DNA of 64,000 nt from a virus. The notes below the pieces were generated by a model. The model worked only from the letters and a program-made list of their open reading frames with translations. It was not told where the DNA came from and made no database searches. The position numbers and the translations under genes are program-made. The stretch covers positions 5,253 through 69,252 of IMG/VR virus record IMGVR_UViG_3300009159_000064, one strand, 5' to 3'. Positions 43,836 through 53,652 of the stretch are shown here, piece after piece. Every line of letters starts with the position of its first letter. The first letter of the stretch is position 1.

Positions 43836-45633
43836 TAGTAGAGACTCCTCCACTAATTGTTACTGCTAGTTCGGTTAGTAGAAGTAATTCTGTGTCAGCT
43901 GCTTGCACACCTTGAACATTTGGAGATGCCGATGCTGTATCTATAACACTGGAAGAACCAGTAGTAAACCTAGTTATGTTTGCGTAGTCAACACCGTCAA
44001 CATTTAGTATAGTTCTGTACAGAGTTCCTAATGAAATTGTTTGACCAAACGAAATATCGTCAAAATTAAATAAAGTTTTGATAGCAGTTCTTATGTTGTC
44101 TTCTACCAACTCTTGAACATAGCTAGGAAGAATGGCTACAGAACAACTAATCTTTGCTAAGGCAAGTACTACAGAAGGCATAACAACAGAGTTGACACCT
44201 ATCATTTCACGAGGTTGAATGTAGTCGTAGATCAAATCTCGATACGTTGAATCTAGATACAAAGGACTAGTTGTCGGTGTTCCTGTTAATGTTCCATCAT
44301 AATCATCTGGAGTGTTTAAGGCAAATATCTTAACTTGTGCATTCTTAAACGTAGCAACAGATGAAACGCTAGCCGATGCAACACTGGCAGATGTTAGAGC
44401 GTAAGTAAAGGTATTACTTGTAGTTCCTGTTACTACATATGTACCATCAAACGTATCATCAACTCCAAACACTCCAACATACTCTCCATTTGAAAGAGAG
44501 TGGGTAGTAGAAGTAGTCAAGGTTGCAACAGTTGCTGTTTTTGCTTTGTTACTGATAACCCCTTGTTTTGCAACTGCTCCTGTAACTACCTTTGCTTTTG
44601 TTTTAGTAATACCTGGAACACGTAAAGTTAGTTCTTCATAATCTTGCAGAGAAACTGCTCTATCTTGAGATCTAAAAGAAGTTGGTATGTTTGCTTTTAG
44701 TGAAGTTATGCTCTCAGCGTTTGCTCCACCAAAAGCTCTCAAGGTGTTTGGGGTAATGACAATGCCATCGTAAGCTGGTCCATAAGCATTGGTTAAAGAC
44801 TCAAAAGCGTTGACTGAGTTGGCTGGTACGTTACCCGCTGAACCTCTACTCCTACGGTAAGTAATAGTTACGATTGCATTTACTGTAGGTATTTTTCCAT
44901 GTACACCATTACCAAAATGCAATTGAATTGAATCGTCTGATTGAAGATCGGCTGAGTAAACTTTATCAGAGTTAGTACTCTCTATTAAACGATCAACTTG
45001 AGAGTATCCAACAACTGCACCAAAAATTCCTTCAGCTACTGTTACATCAATAGAGTCTTTAACAATGCCAATTCTAGATAAAGTAAATTTTTGTGAGAGT
45101 TGCCCGTTGCTAGTAAAAGACTCTGTAAAGTTTTCGCCTTCAGTTAACCGTAGGGTTGCTGAAGTTGCCTTAGCATATGTTGAATACCCAGAAATTGTAG
45201 TTCCGCTTGCATTAAAAGCTATTGCTGTGTTAGATGTGAACACTACTGGATCAGCAGTTTCTACTATGGGTTTAGCTAAAAATCTTGTGTTTGCTGGTAT
45301 TAAAATAGGGTTTACATCTGTTGCAAGTGATGCAGCAGCATTTAAACTGATTGTAGTTTGAGCAGGAGTTCTCCCATGGGGGATGTAGTCTAGTAAACTT
45401 GCAATTGCTAAAATTGACGAACGTCGTGACGCTGTGTCTAAGAAAGCTTCTTTTGCTGCTTGATCTACATAGTAATGTAAGATGTCACCCATATAAGCAA
45501 CTAAATCAACAAATAACATTCCAAAATCAGAATTGTCTCTTGATGACCATTCTGGGAAAATAGAAGATGCACGTGCTAATAGGTCAGAGCGAATAGATAC
45601 ATAATCTCGGTTGGTGTAATCAAATGTGCTCAT
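43825..45633 (-). CDS. Baseplate J / T4 gp6-like wedge protein
   Basis: DYTNRDY...DFG...FGNGVHGKIP...GSAGNV...QDRAVSLQDY. Confidence 0.9.
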   Translation of the reverse strand: MSTFDYTNRDYVSIRSDLLARASSIFPEWSSRDNSDFGMLFVDLVAYMGDILHYYVDQAAKEAFLDTASRRSSILAIASLLDYIPHGRTPAQTTISLNAAASLATDVNPILIPANTRFLAKPIVETADPVVFTSNTAIAFNASGTTISGYSTYAKATSATLRLTEGENFTESFTSNGQLSQKFTLSRIGIVKDSIDVTVAEGIFGAVVGYSQVDRLIESTNSDKVYSADLQSDDSIQLHFGNGVHGKIPTVNAIVTITYRRSRGSAGNVPANSVNAFESLTNAYGPAYDGIVITPNTLRAFGGANAESITSLKANIPTSFRSQDRAVSLQDYEELTLRVPGITKTKAKVVTGAVAKQGVISNKAKTATVATLTTSTTHSLSNGEYVGVFGVDDTFDGTYVVTGTTSNTFTYALTSASVASASVSSVATFKNAQVKIFALNTPDDYDGTLTGTPTTSPLYLDSTYRDLIYDYIQPREMIGVNSVVMPSVVLALAKISCSVAILPSYVQELVEDNIRTAIKTLFNFDDISFGQTISLGTLYRTILNVDGVDYANITRFTTGSSSVIDTASASPNVQGVQAADTELLLLTELAVTISGGVSTSGV

Positions 45634-46028
45634 AAAGAAGAGTCCTCGTTTAGATCAGATGGAATAAGTACTTGAATAATTGCTTGGCGTGTTCCAAATG
45701 TTGGAAGTTTGTACTCTACTGCAATATTAACAGTTGAGTCATCTAAGGAACTAGGTCCTAAGATATACATATTAGATATTTGCGCTCCAGAAATGTTTTT
45801 TTGCAAACCACTCAAAGCCTCTAGTTTAAATTCTTCAAAAAATAATGAATCAAAATTTTCAAAAACTAAAGCGTCGGTGTTAGCGCCATATGATGGTGTC
45901 ATTGGTCGCTCAAACATAGAGGTTAGTAAATAATCTGTAATCTTTTGTTTAATTATTTCGTCCGTGGTCTTAGCCGAGGCAAGCCTTCCAGAAGAATCTA
46001 TTTGCATAGGTATTTTTAAAATTGACAT
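45630..46028 (-). CDS. gp25-like baseplate wedge / sheath initiator
   Basis: LLTSMFERPMTPSYG. Confidence 0.85.
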   Translation of the reverse strand: MSILKIPMQIDSSGRLASAKTTDEIIKQKITDYLLTSMFERPMTPSYGANTDALVFENFDSLFFEEFKLEALSGLQKNISGAQISNMYILGPSSLDDSTVNIAVEYKLPTFGTRQAIIQVLIPSDLNEDSSL

Positions 46029-46030
46029 AT

Positions 46031-46288
46031 TTATCCTTGAACTATGGGGTTGACATTTAGAATAAACATATTTGTGTATTCTCTACTATCAGTAGCAACA
46101 ACTACTTGAGTTCCTATTGCAGGAACTGGCCATACTCCATCAACTTTTTGTCTACCAATAAAAGATATATCCAAAGCAATCTCTGGTCCAAATTTAGAAG
46201 GAATACGAACTTTGATCTCACCAGTAATTTCATCAGATGAAGAGACTATGGCTCTGTGTATATACGGACCAAAAATTTCAGTATACAT
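46031..46288 (-). CDS. Short baseplate spike (gp5/gpV OB-fold only)
   Basis: GEIKVRIP...VPAIGTQVVV. Confidence 0.7.
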   Translation of the reverse strand: MYTEIFGPYIHRAIVSSSDEITGEIKVRIPSKFGPEIALDISFIGRQKVDGVWPVPAIGTQVVVATDSREYTNMFILNVNPIVQG

Positions 46289-47441
46289 GAGCAAACTCTC
46301 TTTCTGTTTTCCACAAGTTGTTAACAAGTATAGATTCAGGAGCCTCTTTGTAGATAGAGTCATTACCTATAACTAACGGTTCTTCATTAGTTGAATCGGT
46401 TTTTAACTTAAGTGTTGTAATGTAATGTTTATTATTGATATGATGTGTAGCTTCTTCAATAATCCAGTAGCCATCAAATTTAGAATCATATGGGCCAATA
46501 TTTACTAATCGTCCAGGCATAGCGTTAGAAACACCTATTACAGATGCTGTTGCTACCATTGGGTAAGACTCTCTAGTATATTTTCTTACGTACTCTTTTA
46601 GAGAATCCTGAGTTGTTGTGTTTATTATAATTTCATTAACAAATTTAGTTTTAAACTTGCTTCCAAGACCACTGTTCTTATCTTGAGTAGATGAATAGGA
46701 TATTTCTTTTCCTAAATTGTCTAAAGATTTAACTATCCAATCAGAGGCGTTGCCTTCTGGCGTAACTTGTCCAAAAACACCTTTAAACTCGTATATGTTT
46801 CCAGGAAGCCTTTCTGCGCCCTTAGCTCCATTTAAAGTTTGTAGGGGTATTGCTGGAAGCAATTTAAAGTATGAAGAAAAAGAATCGTAGACATTTATAT
46901 GTGTTCCATGCGCTGTGACAGTGTATCCAATTCTATTAGCTGCAGATACAAGAAACTCCCAGTCACTAATTTCATTTTGGCTTAGTAGTGGAAATACATA
47001 AGTATTGTCAGGGACAGAATAAGAAAAACCGTACTTTTCTGCCATAATAGATGTTAATTGTTTTATTGTTTTTTTCTCGTAAGTTTTGTTTTTAATAGCT
47101 TTCATTTCGTAGCTACTCCCAAAACAAACAACTTTAGCCATTTGAATTAATGAGTCATTCACTGTACCCATTTTTGTACGTGCTTCTATTTCTACATAGG
47201 CTACATACCCTGTAAATTGTATTAAATTTGCTTCGTTATTTCCAAGAAGTATTTTTACGGGTAGACCTATATAGGAGGTAACTGCAACACCAGGAAAGCC
47301 TGCATAAGTAATGGTAGCCATATCATGTTTATTCTCAGAAAAAGATAGGTCAACAGAAGCTATTTGAGAGTATGGTACTGTGCCTTGCTCTATAATCACA
47401 TCTAAGATTGGAACTTCGGGAAAAGCATTTGAAAAAATCAT
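46278..47441 (-). CDS. Baseplate hub (gp27/gpD-like)
   Basis: FTGYV, Q.EISDWEFL, FDGYWIIEEATH. Confidence 0.8.
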   Translation of the reverse strand: MIFSNAFPEVPILDVIIEQGTVPYSQIASVDLSFSENKHDMATITYAGFPGVAVTSYIGLPVKILLGNNEANLIQFTGYVAYVEIEARTKMGTVNDSLIQMAKVVCFGSSYEMKAIKNKTYEKKTIKQLTSIMAEKYGFSYSVPDNTYVFPLLSQNEISDWEFLVSAANRIGYTVTAHGTHINVYDSFSSYFKLLPAIPLQTLNGAKGAERLPGNIYEFKGVFGQVTPEGNASDWIVKSLDNLGKEISYSSTQDKNSGLGSKFKTKFVNEIIINTTTQDSLKEYVRKYTRESYPMVATASVIGVSNAMPGRLVNIGPYDSKFDGYWIIEEATHHINNKHYITTLKLKTDSTNEEPLVIGNDSIYKEAPESILVNNLWKTEREFAHVY

Positions 47442-47683
47442 AGAGGTATACGTATTATGTCGTTAGCTGTTAAATCAAAACTAAATTCTAATTGAGGATT
47501 TAAATCTAGTAATCTCCAATGCTGAGAACTGTCTCCATAAAGTTTAGCTGCTAATACCTCTATTGTGTCACCTGGTCTAACTATATAATTTTGCACAGAT
47601 AGACTACTTTGATTTTTGCGTATAGCAATGACTGATCCATCGTCATTTATTGCAGTGGTGTATCGGGAAAGGGAGTTAATCAT
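47438..47683 (-). CDS. LysM / tail X baseplate protein
   Basis: YIVRPGDTIEVLAAKLYGDSSQHWRLLDLNP. Confidence 0.85.
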   Translation of the reverse strand: MINSLSRYTTAINDDGSVIAIRKNQSSLSVQNYIVRPGDTIEVLAAKLYGDSSQHWRLLDLNPQLEFSFDLTANDIIRIPL

Positions 47684-49452
47684 GGAGCAGGAACTTTAAA
47701 CGTAATGCCTCTAAATAAAACATTATCACCACATGCTACTTTTTGTTCAACATGAGCAGTTTGAGCTACTGGATAAGTTGTTCCATCAACTTCTAATTGC
47801 AGGTCAATGTTTAATTCTACCCAAAATTTGTCTTCAATAAATGGGCGAGGAATATTTGAATCAATTGTGCCATCTGAGTATAAACTCCATTTAGCATCTG
47901 CTTGCGAGCCAAAAATAGCTGGTCCTGGGCTTACTTTGCCAATAATGTGAGAAAAAATAGTCTTATTAAAAACTTTATATTGCTCAAACATTTTTCCACT
48001 GCCTACAGCTAGTGTTAATGGGTTTGCTTTCGTACCCCATTTGGCAAGAGCACTATCAGAAGGCGCTCCTGCAGTTAAGGTGTAGGGAGCAGGTGCGTTA
48101 ATACTAGAAAATCCTCGTGTGCCATTAGAAGAAACATAAGAATGCCACCACATTTTTATAGTCCCATTCCAAATAAAGTTGGCTGTTTTCCCTACAGCTT
48201 TATCTAAAGTATTATCTATAAAAAATTTACCTTCATCTGATACTAATAGTTGAAAATTAAAATTGTGTTCAGTTTTGTTTGTTGGTAGTATTATTTGTAA
48301 AAGACTAAGATCGCTACCATCATGAACTATTTTTGAATAAAGGTTTTTAGTTCCGTCTTTATTTTGTCTGTAAAGGGCTATTTGTGACTCTGATAAATTT
48401 GAAAGATCTGGTTCTGCACTGGAATCTGCTCCATCACCACTGAATCCTCCAACATTAGAAGTAAGCATTGTTTGTTTTTTAGCAAAACCAATGTACAGTG
48501 CTTGTATTTGCAAAGTAACTGTTGCTTGTGTTGGTATAAATGTGTTAGTAAACTTGTGAATATTTACCGAACTCTGAGTAACAAAACCTTCAACCATCAT
48601 TAAATTAGATAGCATAATGCGCACTGGAGAAGGAACTAAAAAAGCTGTGTTCCCTATGTTTGGGTTGTTTTTAAGATCACCAGAATTTGCAGACCAGTAA
48701 TCATTGCCAGTTTTTATGCTGTCCTCTTTATCCTGATCATCAGACTTATCATTGTTTTTTGGAGGGTCTTTAGGGTTATTCTTTGCATTTCTTGCATTGG
48801 TTTCTACTATGTTCTGGAGAGTTGATATTGTTTCTTTATTTATTCCCTGACCAATAATAGAATCTAAAACAAATATGTCAGCAAGAACCCCTATCTGACA
48901 AACCCATGATTTGTCATAATCTGCAGTCATGTATTTTTGTACAGAATTCATGTCAAAAGCATCGGTGTTGACACGTTTAGATGTTTTAGTAGAACCACCT
49001 TTTGTATTGGGTAGATATGTTCCTGAAGCTACTTCCGCTTCTCTGTTAAACAATAACCTTAAAGTGTAGCTAGATTGTCCAGGAACGGGTACCGTCAATT
49101 GACCTGGATCTTGGTTAAAAAAGAATTGAGTGTTTATAGCGTTACCATCAACAGTACGTTCAAAAGATTCTGGTTGAAATTGAAAGTTACATCGTCTATT
49201 TTTGATATCGCTAGCGTCCCCCATTTTAGCGTAGAACTCATTTAATCTACGAATATACCCACGCACTGGTTGATATGTTCTATTACTCATTGTTCTTGCT
49301 GTTGCACCAGGCCAAATAAACGCTGGATTGTCAAGTTCCCCTTGTTGAGGTTCTTGTAGGTTTCCAGTAATTCTATAATTAGAAGAACTACTTGGTATTG
49401 TTTTTGAACTCTTTGCTTCTATTTGTCTTTCCCATTCATCAGCAGATGGCAT
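47680..49452 (-). CDS. Tail tube initiator-like structural protein
   Basis: NFQFQPE...LLFNRE...EGFVTQ..V...F...IP.QATV; position after tape measure. Confidence 0.65.
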   Translation of the reverse strand: MPSADEWERQIEAKSSKTIPSSSSNYRITGNLQEPQQGELDNPAFIWPGATARTMSNRTYQPVRGYIRRLNEFYAKMGDASDIKNRRCNFQFQPESFERTVDGNAINTQFFFNQDPGQLTVPVPGQSSYTLRLLFNREAEVASGTYLPNTKGGSTKTSKRVNTDAFDMNSVQKYMTADYDKSWVCQIGVLADIFVLDSIIGQGINKETISTLQNIVETNARNAKNNPKDPPKNNDKSDDQDKEDSIKTGNDYWSANSGDLKNNPNIGNTAFLVPSPVRIMLSNLMMVEGFVTQSSVNIHKFTNTFIPTQATVTLQIQALYIGFAKKQTMLTSNVGGFSGDGADSSAEPDLSNLSESQIALYRQNKDGTKNLYSKIVHDGSDLSLLQIILPTNKTEHNFNFQLLVSDEGKFFIDNTLDKAVGKTANFIWNGTIKMWWHSYVSSNGTRGFSSINAPAPYTLTAGAPSDSALAKWGTKANPLTLAVGSGKMFEQYKVFNKTIFSHIIGKVSPGPAIFGSQADAKWSLYSDGTIDSNIPRPFIEDKFWVELNIDLQLEVDGTTYPVAQTAHVEQKVACGDNVLFRGITFKVPAP

Positions 49453-52076
49453 TATGTTGTCCTCAACAATTCTTGTTTAAGATCTTTATCTATTAATCGG
49501 GCTAATTCTTGAGCCATACGGTATGCGTCAGACGGATTGCTTCCAGTAGAGGTTACATATATGTTAGGCGCTATTGTAACACTAGTGTTTCCACCAATTT
49601 TTACGTTTGGTTTATTGTTACGTTTTGGTGTTGTTAGATCTTCAGGATCTCCAACAGCTGCAGACATTCCTGGAAGCACTCCTGCAGTATTCCATGTATC
49701 ACGTTCTGGAAACTGACCAACACCCTCTTTAGTCCCCTTAGCCTCCATTGTTGTTCCGTCACCTAAGCTAATGGCTACGTGATGTGCGGCTGCTCCTTCT
49801 TCTTTCCTAAACAACAACGCTCCCTTTTGTTTTTTGGCTTCCTCTGGAGTTAACTCACCACCAGTCTTTTTAGTAAACTGGTACAAACCCTCAGCGTTTG
49901 TATTACCAAAACCAGGGGCTTCGTAACCAGATTGTTTAGCTGCCCAAACAACAAGACCACTGCAATCAAATGCAGAAGGATCAGGGTTTGATAAATCTCT
50001 GGCTGTGCCATAAGCATATGTATCTCCCTCCGCTTTTAGAGCTTGGTTTACAAACGCTTCAGCTTTGTTCGTCGCAACAGTTTCTAGTTTTGACACACCT
50101 GGAGTAGCCCCAGTGCTGGGAGTTGGTGCATTGGTTGAACCCAGCATGGATCCTTTACTACTAATTCCTGCACCACCTGCTGCTCCATCAGCAAGTAACG
50201 ATTGTAAGTTGGTTGATTCAATTTGTTGTGAAGCACTTGTAGTAAATGAACTTTGAACGCTGTTTAAACCTGCTTGATATTCAGCCCTAGTTCTGGGAAG
50301 TTCAGCAGGTTGTACGTGCCATGGTTCTCCGTGTTCACCACCAAAAGCTTTTAAGCCATATTTTGCTGCATTTTTTTCTACCCAATCTATATCTCCAGAT
50401 AAGTCTGCAGCAAGCCCTAACTCGTGCATTGATGTTCCTGGAGGAGCAACTGGCGCTCCAGAGACATGTCGGTATTGTTTGCCGTTCCAAGTTGCATCAC
50501 CATCGTCGCCCTCACGAACTTCTGTATATCGGGAGAGGAACAAAGCTTTTTGTTCTGCTTCAGATCGTGCACCGCTAGCCAATCCAACTTTTGGGTTGTC
50601 TTGAAACATTTTAAGCAATCTGTTTTTAAATGATGCATTTAATGGAGAAAACTCAGGGGAGTTAACAAGGTCGGCTAACGGTATTTGGCCGTTCTTAAGA
50701 GGAATAGTTGCGCCTTTTGTATTGTCTTCATTAACGGGGTCACCCATTGTTTTGGCACCAAAACCCATCAATGCTGCACCAGCAACAGCGCCAACACCAG
50801 TCCAACCAGCAGCACCTGCTATTGCAGCTCCACCAGCTATCATAAGTCCACCAGTTACTTTTCGTCCAACGCTTCCTCGTGTTTTTATGTTTGTCCCAAC
50901 AATACCTTTTAGAGCTTCTTCTAAACCTCCAAGTGCCCTAGTAACTGCTTGAGTATTTTTTTCAAATTGGGCTAAATTATCAGCATTTCTTGCGTAATAA
51001 TTTTCATCACGTTTTTCTGACACCCTTGCAGTTTCCTCTGCTTGCGTAGCATAGTTGTCTTCAATACCCATAATTCTACGATCAGCAGCTTTGGAACCAT
51101 CGTAAAGAGTGCTTTTTCCAGTTTTCTTTTTATATGTTTGAGCTTGTTGCGCATAGTCTAAGTATTGGTCAACCATGTCTTCAGGTACTCCAGAAGCCAA
51201 AAGCATTGCTCTGGTATTTGAACCTTGTTGTTTGGCGCCTTTTAATACCCTGTCATTAAGCAAACCTGTTCGTTGCACTACTTGTTGCATTACCTCAAAT
51301 GATGATCGTTGCTTACCTCCAAGACCATACATACCAGTACCAAGCATCATGGTCATACGGTTGTTGGCAGCAGGTCCAGCTAAAGTTGCGGCTTGTTGCG
51401 CTAGTTGATCTGTACCAATTGAGTAGCCAGAAGAAGCTCGCATTGCGGAAAAACCAGCAGCATTTTTTTGTGCGTTGATACCAGTTGATGCTTGTAACGA
51501 AAGTAAGGTACTTATTCCTCCATAGCCTAAACGCTGATCAGTCAAAGGAGTACGCATCTGGCTAACGTACTGCATTTGTGAAATACCCTTAGTTTGCTGG
51601 TAGTAAACACCTAATTTATCTGCACTCATAGAACGAGAAAGATTATTATCCATTCGGGCATTCATTGCACCAATAGTCGCCGTAACTGCTTGTAACCCAT
51701 ATGATGCTGCTCTACCATAAGGGTTAATTCCTGCTTGTCCACCGCCACCACCGCCACCATTCCCTGGTTCTGGCGTTGCAGGAATAGTACCGCTAATAAC
51801 TGTATTATTCTGAATCAAAGTCATATGAGCTGGAGGTGTTATAGCTCCAGTAGTTGGGTTAGCCCCTCCACCGCCTATTCCTGCTACTCCGCCAAGTCCT
51901 TTTATCCTTTGTAAAGCGGCCAAGGTAGCGTTTAATTTTCTATTAACGCTAGTTAAAGTCGTATCTAATGCCTTAAAATCGGTACGAATGGTTGTAATAC
52001 CTTTAACCAGTTTCTCCATCTGGTCAACGTCAACTTTAAATTTAGCTTTTAAGTCACCTAAGTTTTTTTCTGCCAT
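49452..52076 (-). CDS. Tape measure protein with M15 peptidase and NlpC/P60 domains
   Basis: A/G-rich helical N-terminus; SMHELGLAADL...EPWHVQ; FDCSGLV...HHVAISLG. Confidence 0.85.
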   Translation of the reverse strand: MAEKNLGDLKAKFKVDVDQMEKLVKGITTIRTDFKALDTTLTSVNRKLNATLAALQRIKGLGGVAGIGGGGANPTTGAITPPAHMTLIQNNTVISGTIPATPEPGNGGGGGGGQAGINPYGRAASYGLQAVTATIGAMNARMDNNLSRSMSADKLGVYYQQTKGISQMQYVSQMRTPLTDQRLGYGGISTLLSLQASTGINAQKNAAGFSAMRASSGYSIGTDQLAQQAATLAGPAANNRMTMMLGTGMYGLGGKQRSSFEVMQQVVQRTGLLNDRVLKGAKQQGSNTRAMLLASGVPEDMVDQYLDYAQQAQTYKKKTGKSTLYDGSKAADRRIMGIEDNYATQAEETARVSEKRDENYYARNADNLAQFEKNTQAVTRALGGLEEALKGIVGTNIKTRGSVGRKVTGGLMIAGGAAIAGAAGWTGVGAVAGAALMGFGAKTMGDPVNEDNTKGATIPLKNGQIPLADLVNSPEFSPLNASFKNRLLKMFQDNPKVGLASGARSEAEQKALFLSRYTEVREGDDGDATWNGKQYRHVSGAPVAPPGTSMHELGLAADLSGDIDWVEKNAAKYGLKAFGGEHGEPWHVQPAELPRTRAEYQAGLNSVQSSFTTSASQQIESTNLQSLLADGAAGGAGISSKGSMLGSTNAPTPSTGATPGVSKLETVATNKAEAFVNQALKAEGDTYAYGTARDLSNPDPSAFDCSGLVVWAAKQSGYEAPGFGNTNAEGLYQFTKKTGGELTPEEAKKQKGALLFRKEEGAAAHHVAISLGDGTTMEAKGTKEGVGQFPERDTWNTAGVLPGMSAAVGDPEDLTTPKRNNKPNVKIGGNTSVTIAPNIYVTSTGSNPSDAYRMAQELARLIDKDLKQELLRTT

Positions 52077-52078
52077 GA

Positions 52079-52228
52079 TTACTCCGATCTACGCCAACGG
52101 CTCATTGCCGCCCAATAAGTGCGCTGACGCACTGTCATCATTTTGATATCGGTGAGCGAAAAGCCCTTGTAAACAGATGCTATTGAATCGTATTCCCAGT
52201 AAGTCCTTACTAGATTAGCCAAATAAAA
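52079..52228 (-). CDS. Tail assembly chaperone frameshift extension (G-T type)
   Basis: +1 frame relative to 52215-53009: YWEYDSIASVYKGFSLTDIKMMTVRQRTYW; no obvious RBS. Confidence 0.7.
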   Translation of the reverse strand, partial: FYLANLVRTYWEYDSIASVYKGFSLTDIKMMTVRQRTYWAAMSRWRRSE

Positions 52229-53009
52229 GTGAGGCCCAGTTTAGCATTATTGGAAAAGGTTTTTCGCAATGGGCACAGTGGGCTTCCACCTCCTTGATTT
52301 CTGGGCCAGGTTGTGCTGCAAGTAACTTATCAATGATTGTGGCACGGTCTTTCATACCTAAGCTTTTAGCCCATTTCTCAGTATCTGCAGGAGGAGTAAC
52401 CCCTTCCCACAAAGCGCAACGAGATATTAAAATGGTGTTTTGCTCTGGAATAGTTTTTGCTTTCTTACTAACTGCTTGACTATCTCCACCTGTAACTAGG
52501 CGAAATGCCTGCTCTTGTCCGTTTCGTAGTTTAATTACTAATGGTTTTTGCGGGTTACTTTTAGGTTGTTTAATAGGAAACTCCGACATGCTAATAAGCA
52601 CATCATTAGATTTCTTACAATGAGGACAATTGATTTGGTACTCACGGTGTTCCCCATAAGTGGCTCTTACCGTTGCCAAGAATAAAGAGTCTCGATCTCC
52701 TAGAATAAGAGAATCAATTAATGCAGGTTTATCTGCAACTATTAAGTTACCAACAGACAAAACACTTCTTTTCAAAAGTGCTGCCATGTATTGAGCGTAT
52801 AGTAAATCACCATCAGCATCTAATGCCGCTAATGCTTCTTCATCTTCACCAGTTAATTCTTTAACTGTAGCTGTGGTTTCCCATTCCATAGATTCCGCAT
52901 TTTTAATACCGCAAAATAGTTCTAAAGTGGTATTTGGTGTGGATACTATTTGTGGTACTGGATCAGCTATAGCAGCGTTTATTGCTGCTGCATCATTTTG
53001 TATTACCAT
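52215..53009 (-). CDS. Tail assembly chaperone / T4 gp26-like hub assembly protein
   Basis: VKELTGEDEE, GDRD.L.L..RATYG, CPHC, CAHC; between tube and tape measure. Confidence 0.75.
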   Translation of the reverse strand: MVIQNDAAAINAAIADPVPQIVSTPNTTLELFCGIKNAESMEWETTATVKELTGEDEEALAALDADGDLLYAQYMAALLKRSVLSVGNLIVADKPALIDSLILGDRDSLFLATVRATYGEHREYQINCPHCKKSNDVLISMSEFPIKQPKSNPQKPLVIKLRNGQEQAFRLVTGGDSQAVSKKAKTIPEQNTILISRCALWEGVTPPADTEKWAKSLGMKDRATIIDKLLAAQPGPEIKEVEAHCAHCEKPFPIMLNWASLLFG

Positions 53010-53029
53010 TTTGTGCTCCTAGTTGTTAT

Positions 53030-53644
53030 TTAATTTAGACTGTCAATATCCGCAACGTCATTGCCCCATGCTACTGCAAAACCTTCATGATGAATATTAA
53101 GCTGTTGAATCATAATTCCGTTGTCTCCAGCGTTAAGATCACTAAGACCATAAGCTCCAGGCCAGCAGTTAAATATTTTAAAAGCTAATTTAACATTTCC
53201 AGGGTTAACTGGAGTTGTTGTTTGATTGTCGTATTGGTATTGAACGCCTTGCGCAGTAAATGGGTGATCATATACTTTAACAACTATGTTGCAACGGTAG
53301 TTAGATGCATCGCCAGAAGCTCCTCCTGCAAAACCGCCTTTACCTCCGTCAATCCATGAGTGCATAAACTTCTGCCACTGGTACAACTGATCTTGAGTGG
53401 CAAAAGCACCTCTTGCAAAAGAAATTGGTGGGAAATCTGATTGACCCATCATCTTATGAGGGTGGGTGTTCATTCCACCTTCACGGTAAGCTATAAGTTC
53501 GTTTTGAACGGATAGTCCACCCATTTGTGCAAACCCTAAATCGCCTATACCACTAGTAAGGGTTTTTAAAGTGTCGTCAAGGGGAGTGAATCTAACCGTA
53601 AATTTAAAGTTACGTAGAGGATCAGTTCGTGTTGTTTGTGCCAT
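53030..53644 (-). CDS. Tail tube protein (gp19-like)
   Basis: DPLRNFKFTV, YREGG, F.RG, NCWP, HEG. Confidence 0.9.
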   Translation of the reverse strand: MAQTTRTDPLRNFKFTVRFTPLDDTLKTLTSGIGDLGFAQMGGLSVQNELIAYREGGMNTHPHKMMGQSDFPPISFARGAFATQDQLYQWQKFMHSWIDGGKGGFAGGASGDASNYRCNIVVKVYDHPFTAQGVQYQYDNQTTTPVNPGNVKLAFKIFNCWPGAYGLSDLNAGDNGIMIQQLNIHHEGFAVAWGNDVADIDSLN

Positions 53645-53652
53645 GGTATCTC

